NCBI GenBank assembly: GCA_039630245.1
Contig: JBCNVK010000001.1
Location: 333,598-397,597 of the forward strand
Origin: Bacteroidia bacterium
GTDB taxonomy: Bacteria; Bacteroidota; Bacteroidia; SpSt-205
DNA: 64,000 nt
Reading direction: 5' to 3'
Shown: positions 27,888 through 37,370 of the stretch, in pieces
How positions within the stretch are numbered: position 1 is the stretch's first letter
How the letters are laid out: each line of letters opens with the position of its first letter
The notes under the pieces: model-generated
The model's database searches: none
Seen by the model: the letters and a program-made list of their open reading frames with translations, nothing else
Told to the model about the DNA's origin: nothing
Translations under genes and position numbers: made by a program

Positions 27888-28823
27888 GTGTATTTGGTGA
27901 AATCTAAATCCCGTTACCGTTTTCATCCGCGTGACCTGCACTTCCGTCGGCTTCCCTTTTGGCGAAAAATTCGCTGGGGCGGATTGGTGCTCTTCCTACT
28001 TGCCTTTGCGGCAGGGGCTGGGGGAGCAGCCTATCTCGCCTTTTACTGGTGGCCTTCCCCCCTCTTGCGCCAGGCGCGCCGCAGCGAAGCGGCGGCTCAA
28101 GCCCAGCTTCAAAAACTCCAAGCCAACCTTCACGAGCTCTACTCCCTTACTAGCCGTATAGAATCGCTCCACCAAGCCATGTACCAAGAGCTTGTGCCTC
28201 AAGCCGAAACGACCCTCACCCCATCTTCTACCTTGAGACGAGAAGCCTTGGACTATCCTTTAGCAGAGGATACGCTCACCCTTTATCTGAATCGCGCCGA
28301 AGCCCTCATGCGTAGCCTTATTAGAGCCGAGCCAGTACTTTACAGCCCTGAACTTCGCTCCACCCTCCTACCGCGCAGCCTTCCCTGCACCTGTCGAGAG
28401 ATCGGCGCAGGTTTTGGCTGGGTACTGCATCCCCTCTTAGGACAGCCCTATCAACATGCCGGTATAGATTTGCTTATAGGGGAAGGGGAAGTCGTGCGGG
28501 CCACCGCCGAAGGCCTCGTAGTCCGAATCCAAAATCTCTCCCCCAGCGAAGGCTACCAAGTAGTGATTCAACATACCCCAGCGCTGGTTACCTATTACTA
28601 CCCCCTTCAGCCCCGCGTGGAGGTAGGACAATGGGTAGCCCCTGGCACACCTATAGGCACAGTAGTACGCCTTACCTTGGGTCGCATGCCCTTCTTACAC
28701 TATGAAGTGCGCGTAAATGGAGAAAGCGTAAATCCCCTTGACTATCTCTGGGGAGAATTTTCCGTGGAGGAACGAGAGCACTTTCAAAAGGCGTTTCAGC
28801 AGCCCGCTTATGGCCTCCACTAA
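27888..28823 (+). CDS. M23 family metallopeptidase (membrane-anchored, coiled-coil N-terminal region)
   Basis: 311 aa. M23 core HAGIDLLIGEGEVVRATAEGLV, IQHTPALVTYYYPL, LHYEVRVNGESVNP. The start codon (GTG 27888) is uncertain. Confidence 0.75.
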   Translation: MYLVKSKSRYRFHPRDLHFRRLPFWRKIRWGGLVLFLLAFAAGAGGAAYLAFYWWPSPLLRQARRSEAAAQAQLQKLQANLHELYSLTSRIESLHQAMYQELVPQAETTLTPSSTLRREALDYPLAEDTLTLYLNRAEALMRSLIRAEPVLYSPELRSTLLPRSLPCTCREIGAGFGWVLHPLLGQPYQHAGIDLLIGEGEVVRATAEGLVVRIQNLSPSEGYQVVIQHTPALVTYYYPLQPRVEVGQWVAPGTPIGTVVRLTLGRMPFLHYEVRVNGESVNPLDYLWGEFSVEEREHFQKAFQQPAYGLH

Positions 28824-29136
28824 GCGGTATTACACTCTGCGGGAAGCTGCTGACTTGCTCCGCGTGCCCGTTCATCAGCTGCGCCGCTGGGTTCGGACTT
28901 TCTTAGACCTTCCGACCAGTCGTCCGTTACGCATACCAGCGGAAAAGCTAAGCTTTCTCCAGCAGGTGCGCATGGCAGTGTATGAGCACCGGCTGCACGG
29001 CCAAGCTTTACGAGACTTCTTAAGGCACTCGCGCCCGCTTCCGCCCAGCTGGGATTGGGAAACTCACCTTACCGAAATCCTAAACGAACTAACAGCTCTG
29101 GAAAAGCTCCTTCAACCCCCTCAAGGGGATTTATAG
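28810..29136 (+). CDS. MerR-type helix-turn-helix DNA-binding protein
   Basis: Start set at MASTKRYYTLREAADLLRVPVHQLRRWV (MerR/excisionase-like HTH). 14-nt overlap with the M23 gene. Confidence 0.5.
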   Translation: MASTKRYYTLREAADLLRVPVHQLRRWVRTFLDLPTSRPLRIPAEKLSFLQQVRMAVYEHRLHGQALRDFLRHSRPLPPSWDWETHLTEILNELTALEKLLQPPQGDL

Positions 29137-30284
29137 ACCCAGGCATCCGGTACTTCTTTCTTAATAGCCTTGAGCCGGCTCTGTACCTCTTTGGGGTCTG
29201 AGCTACTAAATATACTGAGGCGCACCCAGCCAGGCTTGTTACTAGGCAGGAATTCTACATTGTAGGTAGGCCTGAAGCGGGCGGCATTCGCTTCGGCTTC
29301 AGCTTGGCTAGGATAGGAGCCTACGATGATGTAGTAGCGGGCACCAGCGGGCACCGGCTTAGGTGAAGGAGGGGGAGGAGGAGCAGGCTGTGCTATAGGC
29401 GCAGGGGTGGGCTTAGGAGGAGGCGGCGGCGAAGGCTTTACGGCCGAAGCTGGCTCAGGTTTAGGAGAAGGGGAGACAGAGGCCGAAGAAGGAGATTTAG
29501 AGGGCAAGGCTGGCTCGCTCTCCGGCTTCGCCACGGAGGGGGGGCGTTCTATCCTAACTTCTTTGATCTCCTTCGCCTTAATTTCCACAGGCCCTCGGGG
29601 GGCAGGGCGTTTAGTCAGGAGCCACACCGCCCCCACTAGGAGAAGAGCGATCCCGATAGTTCCGGCTAAAATCAATACAAGCCCGCGTCGTCGCGGAGGA
29701 CCTTCTTCAGCTGGCTGCGCCTCTCGTTCTTCTACTACCTGCGCCCGAGGGGATTCAGGCTGAGGGGGCGAAACGGCTTTGGTCTTTTTGGCCTTTTCTT
29801 TTTTAGCTGCCTTCGGTGGAGCAGAAGGTTCAACCTGAGGGAGCGGGGGGCCCACACCTACGGCACCCGCTCTTAGAGAAACTTCATAAAGTTCAGCCGC
29901 TACTGGCGGCACCGGACCTTCTTCCAACAGCTCAAGTTTGTAAAGACTGCCCACACGCTTAAGCTTACCTAAACGCACTAGATCTAGCTCGGGGGAGGCT
30001 CTAAGGTAAGCCGCAGTTAGCCTGCCTACCTCCCGTAATAGGTCGGCTGCTTCACTTTCTTCTATACCGAAGTGATCGCGCAGAAAAGCCACAGTTTCGG
30101 CTTGGTATCGCAGACCCGGCTCATACTTAAGGAGAGGCCGTGGCGGGCTTACCACCCCCGTCTTAGGATCCACCTGAGATTTTTCTACATGCCATACAAA
30201 GCTCCCTAGCCCCGGCAGGGAAAAGCGTGGAAGCTCAGCCGCTAAAAAGCTCACATAGGTCTGAAAGTCTATGCGCGCGCTCAT
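29121..30284 (-). CDS. HU-like N-terminal domain / proline-rich linker / SPOR domain protein
   Basis: 387 aa. N-terminal HU-fold-like segment (FVWHVEKSQVDPKTGVVSPP), one TM segment, a P/A/S/K-rich linker, and a C-terminal SPOR domain (YYIIVGSYPSQAEAEANAARF, GWVRLSIFSS). Confidence 0.7.
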   Translation of the reverse strand: MSARIDFQTYVSFLAAELPRFSLPGLGSFVWHVEKSQVDPKTGVVSPPRPLLKYEPGLRYQAETVAFLRDHFGIEESEAADLLREVGRLTAAYLRASPELDLVRLGKLKRVGSLYKLELLEEGPVPPVAAELYEVSLRAGAVGVGPPLPQVEPSAPPKAAKKEKAKKTKAVSPPQPESPRAQVVEEREAQPAEEGPPRRRGLVLILAGTIGIALLLVGAVWLLTKRPAPRGPVEIKAKEIKEVRIERPPSVAKPESEPALPSKSPSSASVSPSPKPEPASAVKPSPPPPPKPTPAPIAQPAPPPPPSPKPVPAGARYYIIVGSYPSQAEAEANAARFRPTYNVEFLPSNKPGWVRLSIFSSSDPKEVQSRLKAIKKEVPDAWVYKSP

Positions 30285-30286
30285 GG

Positions 30287-31891
30287 CTATCCGATCTTTA
30301 GCCAGATTCCCAGCCGTATATCTAAAGGCCGCTCCCTATACCCATACCACCGATAGAAGCGGCGGTTGAGGAGGTTGTTCATTTCCACAAAGAAACTCAT
30401 GATGGGCAGAAAACGCAAATGAGCTTCCCACGAAATATCCACAAAGGGTGAAGCAGTGAGGGTATCGCTAAGCGAGCGTGCACCAATCGCATGCATGCGA
30501 AGAGCAAAATAAAACTTTTCCTCCCAGTTATATCCTAGTCGGGCGGTAAGCTCCCAGTGGGGGATGCTATAATAGGTCCATCCGCGCGGTAGGAGCCAGT
30601 GGCGATAGGCGGCACGCAATTCCGCTTGAGGCCCTGTCGGCTGGGGAAGGTACTGGAAGGCTAAAATCCCTCCTAGGCTATGCAGATAGGGCAAACCGCG
30701 TAGGGCAAAGTAATAGCTATGAGGTAAGAAGACTAAAGCCCCCTGTTGGAAGCGGTACTCGGCCGCTAGGCGGTAGTCCCATCCTATACCTTGACCTTGG
30801 CTCCCGAATTCGGCCTGTAGCCATTGACGCAAAAGGGGTAGAGGTTCGGCCCGCCGACGCACATACGGATTGAGTTCAGTAGCACTGAAGTAGGTAAGTG
30901 GTATAAGGTCTGATTCCGCTTGGAGATAAGGGCGGAAAAGGGATGAAAAACCCTTATACAGCGCTAGCATCTGAGGCCCTCCTAAAAAACGCAGGCTACT
31001 ATCGCGCCCTAACCCCAGAAGTAGGCCTAGCCGAAGGTGCCAGACCTTAGTTTCCTGATAAAGGAGGGCGCTTGCTTTGAGGAGGAAGCGCGGGCCTTCA
31101 CCGAAAGCTTCGGCGCTGCAGCGCAGTCGGCTGAGAGGAGAGAGCACAAAGTAAGGGGACTCGGCGCTGAGGCGCACTTGCCATTCGGGAAGGCCTTGGC
31201 GGAGGTCCAGCCGGCGCGTGGTAAAGCGCAGCCCGCCCCAGCTTGTATCCCGCGCGCTGAGGGTCAGCTCCTGCCGCCAAAAATGCCCCCGCAGTGTATC
31301 AGGTATGCGCCCCCCATCTTCCAGACTCAGCCAGCCTTCCGCTAAAGGCGCATAGAAGAAAAATTTCTCGTAACTACCCCTGTACCGTACTTCAAAGGCC
31401 TGACGTGCCGAGTAGCGGCCCCACCAGCCCTGGAGGGTAGTAGTACCCCATCGGGCCGCCGTCACATGACCTATAGGCGTAGAATGGTGCTGGAAGGCTA
31501 TGCCCCCGTCGCGTTCTAAATCCCTCGTATGACCCCAGCTTACCTGCACCTGCTGGGTCAAAAACCGTCCTAAGCTGTATCTAAAGTGAAGAGGGGCCAG
31601 CTTAGTCCAGGTAGGCCGGGTAGGGGCGTAAGGCGCCACTAAAACGGGCGAGCTAAGCGGAGCCCCCTGCCAAGAAGGCGATTCCAGACGCCAGGCGGGT
31701 GCTGCCAATTCAGGTAGCGGAGGAAAAGGCCGCTCCGTTAGCTCTAAAACTTCTATCCGTTCATTCTCCACCATAAAGGAGTCGCGCAGGCCAGCCCACC
31801 CTTGGGCCCAGCTTAGGCCAAACGCTGTCCAAAGACCTATGCACTTTCTGAGGGTATGTGGGGGGATTTTGTAGGTTTGCGGCATGGCCAT
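30287..31891 (-). CDS. hypothetical outer-membrane beta-barrel protein
   Basis: Start set at MAMPQTYK...[13 protein letters not shown] (signal peptide); 31885 is an alternative. Aromatic-rich strand pattern with a TonB-receptor-like C-terminal block [14 protein letters not shown]. 2 nt upstream of the SPOR gene start. Confidence 0.4.
   Translation of the reverse strand: MAMPQTYKIPPHTLRKCIGLWTAFGLSWAQGWAGLRDSFMVENERIEVLELTERPFPPLPELAAPAWRLESPSWQGAPLSSPVLVAPYAPTRPTWTKLAPLHFRYSLGRFLTQQVQVSWGHTRDLERDGGIAFQHHSTPIGHVTAARWGTTTLQGWWGRYSARQAFEVRYRGSYEKFFFYAPLAEGWLSLEDGGRIPDTLRGHFWRQELTLSARDTSWGGLRFTTRRLDLRQGLPEWQVRLSAESPYFVLSPLSRLRCSAEAFGEGPRFLLKASALLYQETKVWHLRLGLLLGLGRDSSLRFLGGPQMLALYKGFSSLFRPYLQAESDLIPLTYFSATELNPYVRRRAEPLPLLRQWLQAEFGSQGQGIGWDYRLAAEYRFQQGALVFLPHSYYFALRGLPYLHSLGGILAFQYLPQPTGPQAELRAAYRHWLLPRGWTYYSIPHWELTARLGYNWEEKFYFALRMHAIGARSLSDTLTASPFVDISWEAHLRFLPIMSFFVEMNNLLNRRFYRWYGYRERPLDIRLGIWLKIG
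31872..31879 (+). promoter_or_regulatory. -7 promoter box TAGGTTTG, 4 nt upstream of the sucD ATG (31884)
   Basis: Exact TAnnTTTG on the plus strand. Confidence 0.5.
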
Positions 31892-32768
31892 TTTAGTGGA
31901 TGCGCACACAAAGGTAGTAGTACAAGGTATAACCGGCCGTGAGGGATCCTTCCACGCCCAGCAAATGCTGGAATATGGCACACGCGTAGTGGCTGGCGTA
32001 ACCCCCGGTAAAGGCGGCCAAACTCACCTCGGCGTGCCCGTCTTTAACACGGTGCAGGAAGCCGTAGAAGCTACAGGCGCCGATACTTCTATCATTTTTG
32101 TACCTGCCCCAAGCGCCGCTGACGCTATCTTAGAGGCCGCTGCCAGCGGTATACGGCTCATTATCACCATAACCGATGGCGTGCCCGTGCGCGACATGCT
32201 GCGCGTGAAGCATGTTCTGCGCCATGAATACCCGCATGTGCGCCTCATAGGACCAAATTGCCCGGGTGTGATAACCCCTGGGCAGTGTAAGGTAGGGATC
32301 ATGCCGGGCTTCATCCACCGGCCCGGATCCATCGGCGTAGTAAGCCGCTCGGGCACCCTAACCTACGAAGCCGTGCACCAGATTTCCCAAGTCGGCTTAG
32401 GCCAATCCACCTGCGTAGGCATTGGCGGCGACCCTATCATCGGCATGCGCCATGTAGAGGTAATTCAACTTTTCATGGAAGACCCCCAGACCGAAGCGAT
32501 CGTGATGATTGGCGAAATAGGCGGTACAGATGAGGAGGTGGCGGGAGAATGGGTGCAGCGCCACGGCACAAAGCCTGTAGTGGCTTTTATTGCGGGTCAG
32601 ACAGCCCCTCCAGGGCGCCGCATGGGGCATGCCGGGGCCATCATCACAGGCGGCAAAGGTAGTGCCAAGGATAAAATGGACTTCTTAGCCCGCTGCGGCA
32701 TCCATATCGTGGAAAGCCCCGCCGAGATCGGCCGAACTGTCGCGCGCGTCTTAGGCAAGGCTGCCTAA
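31884..32768 (+). CDS. sucD: succinate--CoA ligase (ADP-forming) subunit alpha
   Basis: 294 aa. [42 protein letters not shown] (phosphohistidine loop). Confidence 0.95.
   Translation: MAILVDAHTKVVVQGITGREGSFHAQQMLEYGTRVVAGVTPGKGGQTHLGVPVFNTVQEAVEATGADTSIIFVPAPSAADAILEAAASGIRLIITITDGVPVRDMLRVKHVLRHEYPHVRLIGPNCPGVITPGQCKVGIMPGFIHRPGSIGVVSRSGTLTYEAVHQISQVGLGQSTCVGIGGDPIIGMRHVEVIQLFMEDPQTEAIVMIGEIGGTDEEVAGEWVQRHGTKPVVAFIAGQTAPPGRRMGHAGAIITGGKGSAKDKMDFLARCGIHIVESPAEIGRTVARVLGKAA
31909..31916 (-). promoter_or_regulatory. -7 promoter box TACCTTTG, 17 nt upstream of the ATG at 31891
   Basis: Exact TAnnTTTG on the minus strand, lying inside the first codons of sucD. Confidence 0.4.
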
Positions 32769-32847
32769 CCCACCTGCCACTTTCCCCTACTTACCTGATC
32801 TCTCCTCCAGCCGGACAATCTCGCAGGGCCCAAAGCCATGGCGGGGA

Positions 32848-34920
32848 TTAGAGCTGGTAGCGCACTTGGATAAGCCCGTCTAAAATGCGCTGGTAGGTTT
32901 TCTCCCCAGGAGGACGGAAAAGATTTTGCCCTAAACGCAGCCAGAGCGTCCAAGCTCGAGTAACCCGCACGCGTAGGAGCGCATACACTCGCTGGCCCTC
33001 CCCATAGTAGCCAGGGATATAAAAGGTCGTAGGCGGCATCGCCTCATAGGTGTAAATGCGTGCTTCATAGCTGGTAGTGCGATAGAGCACCCAGCGCAGG
33101 CTGAGGCTCCAGCGGAAATTGGGCTGCCAGCGCACATCCTGATACAAGAGGAGGCCCTGAGTGGCGCTCTCACGCTGGTAACCGCTTAGCTCCACACGCG
33201 CCTGATAGCGGAAAAAGGGGCTCAACTCATATACCCCATGCAGGCGCACATAGGCTCGCTGATGCGGAATAAGCACTGGCAGAGGCATTGAGAAGGTATC
33301 GCTTCGGTAGTTGTAGGGCTTGGTCTCGTAGCGCACGCGCGCATAGAGGTGGAGGCGACGACGAATAGTGTAGCTCACCTGAAGAAAGCCTTCATGTCCA
33401 GCGGTGGGGCTACTGGCCCTGTAACGATACCAGAGGAAGCGGTAGGCATCCTGGAAGGCCGCAATTTCCCAGCGCGGCGTGGGCCGCACGCGCAGCCCGA
33501 TATACATCCCGGCTTCGTTTTCGGGCGCAAAAGGCCGTTCGGCGAAAGTATAGCCCCATAGGGAATGGTAATTTGGGTCAAAGTGGCGCACTTGAAGCGC
33601 AAGGTCTGCGCTGCGATGCACCGCCACCAGTACAGAAGCCGTGAGAGCCCTGCCACCAGAACGGCTTTGCGCCACCTCGCCGAAAAAATTGAGATTAGCC
33701 CAGGTAGCATCCCAGTAAAGGCTACCTACGAGATTTTCGCTTCCGGCAAAGCCAAAGAACCGGTAGGGCGGACCGGTATTGAGGGCCAGGGGTGGGGTGA
33801 AGCGCTCGTAAAGGAAGGTGAGCCCCGCGCGCTGCCAGCCGCGCTGCCAGTGCAGGACGCTGCCCAGCGCCTCCTGCTGCAGCTGCTGACGCCGCGCCAT
33901 TTCGCTGCGGGTGCGATGAAGGCCCCCCGTCCAAAGCGTACGGGCTTCCGCCAGCACCTCCGCTACGGTATCTTCCACCACGGTAGCGTCGTACAAGCGC
34001 CGAGAGACCATCGCCGTAAGCTCCCATTGGGGCGAGAATTGATAGGTCAGGGCAGCTCCCCGCCAAAACTGATATTCATTCACCGAGGAGTAGGGCAAAA
34101 GGCCGTAATGGGGCTGCTTAAGAGTCAGGATAGGATCGCCGCCCTTCCCAAAGCCCAACCCCCGCGCAAAGACCAGCCCTTGGCCTACTTGGAGAATATA
34201 ATCCCCTAAGATGGCTCGGCGCAGCGGCCCCAGTCGTCCCACGGCTATGTGGCCGCTGATGAAGTCATACCCGTAGTAGCGCTGCGAAGCCGCCCACCGG
34301 AGCGGCTCGTAGGCATCCTTTTCAGCGATAAGGGCTATGGAGAGGTAGGGCGAGGCTTGAAACCACAAACGCTGGTAGAGGCGGTATGGATCGCCCAAGG
34401 CCCGTGGTAGGCGCTCTTCCTGCCAGCGCCCTCCCGTATTAGTAAAGACAAGCGTGCGCTGGACGCGCTGAATCCAAGTAAACCGCTGGGCTGCCTTTAT
34501 CTGAGCCCAGGTAGGCCACTGGGGAAGCCCCGACCCTATATCTGTCTCCGCAGCGGGTCGGACCTGTATATAGGGCCTAAGCATCTGAAATACCGCCTCC
34601 GTAAAGCCGGGTATGGCTTGAAGCTCATAAATAGACAGCAGGGGCCCGTAGCGCTTCTGATGGGCGCGCAGCGCCCGTAGGAGCACCGGCGTCATCCCCG
34701 GCAGGGCCAGCAGCTCCTCATCCGAAGCCGTATTCAAATCCAGCGGCCGGCTTACCCGCTCCTGTAGAAGGTCGGCCCACTGCGTCCAATCTATTCCTTC
34801 GGGTGCCTGCTCGGCTTGATCCTCCAGTTGCAATTCCCATCGCCCTCCATCCAGCGTATCGGGTAGGATTTGCCCTAGCGCTATACCTAATAAAACCAGC
34901 CCCCAGCGCCAGCCTACCAT
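32848..34920 (-). CDS. ComEA-type helix-hairpin-helix domain fused to a large predicted outer-membrane beta-barrel
   Basis: 690 aa. Signal peptide. Tandem HhH region (LDLNTASDEELLALPGMTPVLLRALRAHQKRYGPLLSIYELQAIPGFTEAVFQML). About 560 aa of Y/W/R-rich alternating strands ending in VRYQL. Confidence 0.6.
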   Translation of the reverse strand: MVGWRWGLVLLGIALGQILPDTLDGGRWELQLEDQAEQAPEGIDWTQWADLLQERVSRPLDLNTASDEELLALPGMTPVLLRALRAHQKRYGPLLSIYELQAIPGFTEAVFQMLRPYIQVRPAAETDIGSGLPQWPTWAQIKAAQRFTWIQRVQRTLVFTNTGGRWQEERLPRALGDPYRLYQRLWFQASPYLSIALIAEKDAYEPLRWAASQRYYGYDFISGHIAVGRLGPLRRAILGDYILQVGQGLVFARGLGFGKGGDPILTLKQPHYGLLPYSSVNEYQFWRGAALTYQFSPQWELTAMVSRRLYDATVVEDTVAEVLAEARTLWTGGLHRTRSEMARRQQLQQEALGSVLHWQRGWQRAGLTFLYERFTPPLALNTGPPYRFFGFAGSENLVGSLYWDATWANLNFFGEVAQSRSGGRALTASVLVAVHRSADLALQVRHFDPNYHSLWGYTFAERPFAPENEAGMYIGLRVRPTPRWEIAAFQDAYRFLWYRYRASSPTAGHEGFLQVSYTIRRRLHLYARVRYETKPYNYRSDTFSMPLPVLIPHQRAYVRLHGVYELSPFFRYQARVELSGYQRESATQGLLLYQDVRWQPNFRWSLSLRWVLYRTTSYEARIYTYEAMPPTTFYIPGYYGEGQRVYALLRVRVTRAWTLWLRLGQNLFRPPGEKTYQRILDGLIQVRYQL

Positions 34921-37208
34921 AGCCCTACCACGCCTAGCATCGGTAGGATAGGCAACTGGTTGTAGCGGCGCGCCGTAATGCGATCTATATAGAAAAGGTT
35001 AGGCCGGTTGTAGGCGTTGAGGAGGGTGGCATCCAGCTCTAAGAGAAAGGCGCGGCCCAGCCGCCATCGCCTTTTTAGGGCTAGGTCCAGCCGATGGTAG
35101 GTAGGCAGGCGGGCCGCATTATAGTCGGGGCTGAGGAGGATGGCTAGGGTGCCTTGCTGGATAGGATAGGGTGCCTGACTACCTTCCCATAGGAAAAGTT
35201 TTTCAAAAAAGCCCAGCGTCTGGGTAAAAGGCAGGCCTGAGCCGAAGGTCCAGCGCAAGGAAAGCTCCCAGCGGCGCTCGCGCAGGCGGCGCGTGGCCAC
35301 GGCTGGACCCCAGGTATAGGTAGCCAGCGCATTTACCGTGTGGCGCCTATCCCACAAAGGGAAATACCATAGGGTAAAGTCCGTGCGGCGATTGTACTGC
35401 AGGCTGTAGGTCAGGTAGAGGCTCCAAGGCCCGCGCGCATACCGCCCTGTGACATCGGCGCCCCATGCATAGCCAACCTCCGTAAGGAAGCTGGGATCCT
35501 CGGGGAAAACGCGCGCACGGTTGATGATAGTCAGTTGGGTAAAGCGCTTGTACCACCCCTCCACACTGACGAGCCCTCCTGCCCCCAACTGATACTCTAT
35601 CCCTCCCGTTAGGTGATAGGCCTCCTGAAGCGGGTGAGGAAGCTGACGATTAGCCGGAAGTTCGGGCGCCGTGAGAAACCCCTGAAAGAGAATTACCACG
35701 TCCCGGTCAGAAACCGCGGCCACCCAGTTTTGCACATAGCGGCCGGCCGCCGCTTGGAAGCTCCACCCCGGCCCATTGTACTTAAAGCGCAGGCGCGGCT
35801 CCACCGAGAGGTAGCTGTAGTTATTGTAGAAGTGCAGGCGCAGGCTAGGCTCTAAAACGGCGCGCGTATTTATGCGCAGCTCCCCGCTCTCGCTCCAGCG
35901 TACCGACCGAAAGAGCTTTTGGTATTTCACCCAAACAGCCAGCTCGGTATTACTCTGGCGCTGCTGTGTAATAAAGCCTAAGGCGTTAGTAAAGAGAAAG
36001 TCCGTGCTAAAGCCGCGCACTTCCACGCTGTAGGCTAGCTCATCGGCGCCCAGAAGGTAGGAGAAGGTGAAGCCGCCGTTGAAGCCGCCAATCTCGCTAT
36101 AGCGCGGCCGAAATTCTAGGGGTACGCGGAAGGTATTACTAAACCGGCTATAAGCCAGATGGCCTAGGATGCGCACGCGCGTGCCTTGGGGTAGGTTCGT
36201 AAAGTTGAGGCCTATGCCGGTTTGGCTCCAATCGTTACGGCCATTAGCCCCGAGGTCGGTCCGATCCGTTTGATAAAAGCCCCATAGGTTGAGCTGGTCG
36301 GGGCCTCGGCCAAAGGTTACTTTCCCATACCAGTCCTGAAAGCTGAAAGGGAGTGAGTCCTTTAGGTAGGGGTAGAGGCGCGGGGCTGCTGGCTGAATGT
36401 AGCCCTGCCGTGCGGCAAAAAGCCAAGAGCTATTTAGACGGCGCAGGAGCGGGCCCTCCAAAATGCCCCCGCCGACAAAAGGCGTTACATATAGCTTTCC
36501 CCCAAAGCGGTCAAAATCCCCCGGCCGCGTACGCATATCTATGACGGAGGAAATCCGTCCCCCATACTCGGCGCCAAAGCCCGCCGAATACACATTTACC
36601 TGCCGTAAAATCTCTGGGTCTATCACGCTAAAGAGGGCCAAGGTGTGAAAGGGGTTATATACAATCGCCCCATCCAGCAGGGTAAGGTTCTGAATGGGCG
36701 TGCCGCCGCGGATATACAGCTGCCCGCCTTGATCCCCTGTAAAGACCACACCAGGCAGCACCTGTAGGTACTGGGCGATATCCGGGGCACCTAAGCTGGG
36801 CAGCTGGAAGATTTGACGGGGGCTAATCGGCGTAACGGCCACCGTCACGCGCCCTGGGTCTATGCGCGCAGGCGAGACGCTCTCTACTATTTCCACGGCT
36901 TCCAATTCTATCCCCCGGAAGGTGGCTCGCAGCTTGAGGGTAGCTACAGGACGCCGCGCCGAGAGTTCTACCTCCTGCCAGAGCGTATCCATGCCGAGGA
37001 AAGTTACCCGTAGCCTATACCGCCCGTACGGCACGCCGCCGATGGAAAAAAGCCCCTCAGCGTTGGTCAGCGTGCCTTTCTGAGAGGGAAAAAGCACCAC
37101 TTGGGCCCCTACTACCGGCTCACCCGTACTATCTACCACGGCGCCGCGCACTAGCCCTTGCGCCCACAGAAGGCCAAATAGGCTCAGTAACCTTAGCCAC
37201 CGCCCCAA
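34914..37208 (-). CDS. TonB-dependent receptor with N-terminal CarboxypepD_reg-like domain
   Basis: 764 aa with a TTG start. CarboxypepD_reg segment (VRGAVVDSTGEPVVGAQVVLFPSQKGTLTNAEGLFSIGGVPYGRYRLRV). Plug segment (DIAQYLQVLPGVVF, LYIRGG, LLDGAIVYNPFH). Long barrel with a C-terminal NAYNRPN block. Confidence 0.8.
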   Translation of the reverse strand: MGRWLRLLSLFGLLWAQGLVRGAVVDSTGEPVVGAQVVLFPSQKGTLTNAEGLFSIGGVPYGRYRLRVTFLGMDTLWQEVELSARRPVATLKLRATFRGIELEAVEIVESVSPARIDPGRVTVAVTPISPRQIFQLPSLGAPDIAQYLQVLPGVVFTGDQGGQLYIRGGTPIQNLTLLDGAIVYNPFHTLALFSVIDPEILRQVNVYSAGFGAEYGGRISSVIDMRTRPGDFDRFGGKLYVTPFVGGGILEGPLLRRLNSSWLFAARQGYIQPAAPRLYPYLKDSLPFSFQDWYGKVTFGRGPDQLNLWGFYQTDRTDLGANGRNDWSQTGIGLNFTNLPQGTRVRILGHLAYSRFSNTFRVPLEFRPRYSEIGGFNGGFTFSYLLGADELAYSVEVRGFSTDFLFTNALGFITQQRQSNTELAVWVKYQKLFRSVRWSESGELRINTRAVLEPSLRLHFYNNYSYLSVEPRLRFKYNGPGWSFQAAAGRYVQNWVAAVSDRDVVILFQGFLTAPELPANRQLPHPLQEAYHLTGGIEYQLGAGGLVSVEGWYKRFTQLTIINRARVFPEDPSFLTEVGYAWGADVTGRYARGPWSLYLTYSLQYNRRTDFTLWYFPLWDRRHTVNALATYTWGPAVATRRLRERRWELSLRWTFGSGLPFTQTLGFFEKLFLWEGSQAPYPIQQGTLAILLSPDYNAARLPTYHRLDLALKRRWRLGRAFLLELDATLLNAYNRPNLFYIDRITARRYNQLPILPMLGVVGLW

Positions 37209-37213
37209 CCTTA

Positions 37214-37221
37214 CAAAAGTA
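37214..37221 (-). promoter_or_regulatory. -7 promoter box TACTTTTG, 5 nt upstream of the receptor TTG start (37208)
   Basis: Exact TAnnTTTG on the minus strand. Confidence 0.45.
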
Positions 37222-37238
37222 GTCCGCTAGCCCCTAAA

Positions 37239-37263
37239 TCCAACTCCCAGTTGGAATCCAACT
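37239..37263. promoter_or_regulatory. operator-like array of three TCCAACT half-sites (direct, inverted, direct)
   Basis: TCCAACT-ccc-AGTTGGA-a-TCCAACT, in the divergent intergenic region between the TonB-dependent receptor and yceI. Confidence 0.3.
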
Positions 37264-37370
37264 TTTTATGTAACTTTACCTAGCCTTGCAGGGTATGGTC
37301 AATTTTAGGAAAGTGCTGCTTTTTTCGTCCGCACTTGGACTTGCGCTAGCAAAATCCTACTAAAAGTTAT

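Noticed and set aside
29340-29560. GGAGG/GGCGG-rich repetitive stretch that could look like a tandem repeat or CRISPR-like array.
   Set aside because: It is the antisense of the proline-rich (PPPP/PxPxP) linker of the SPOR-domain protein. There is no repeat-spacer periodicity.
33565-34209. Long antisense ORFs: 214 aa here, and also 1458-1949, 8442-8894, 8913-9389, 13504-13905, 27167-27592, 45628-46110 and 46271-46666.
   Set aside because: They lie fully inside well-supported genes on the opposite strand. Their translations are R/A/G/P-rich and low in complexity, and they have no recognisable motifs or promoter boxes. These are typical shadow ORFs of GC-rich coding DNA.
37209-37370. A riboswitch (for example cobalamin or TPP) in the leader of the TonB-dependent receptor, or upstream of the TPP enzyme at 4505.
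   Set aside because: The -7 boxes lie 4-5 nt from the start codons, leaving no leader. The 162-nt region shows no conserved riboswitch core that I recognise.
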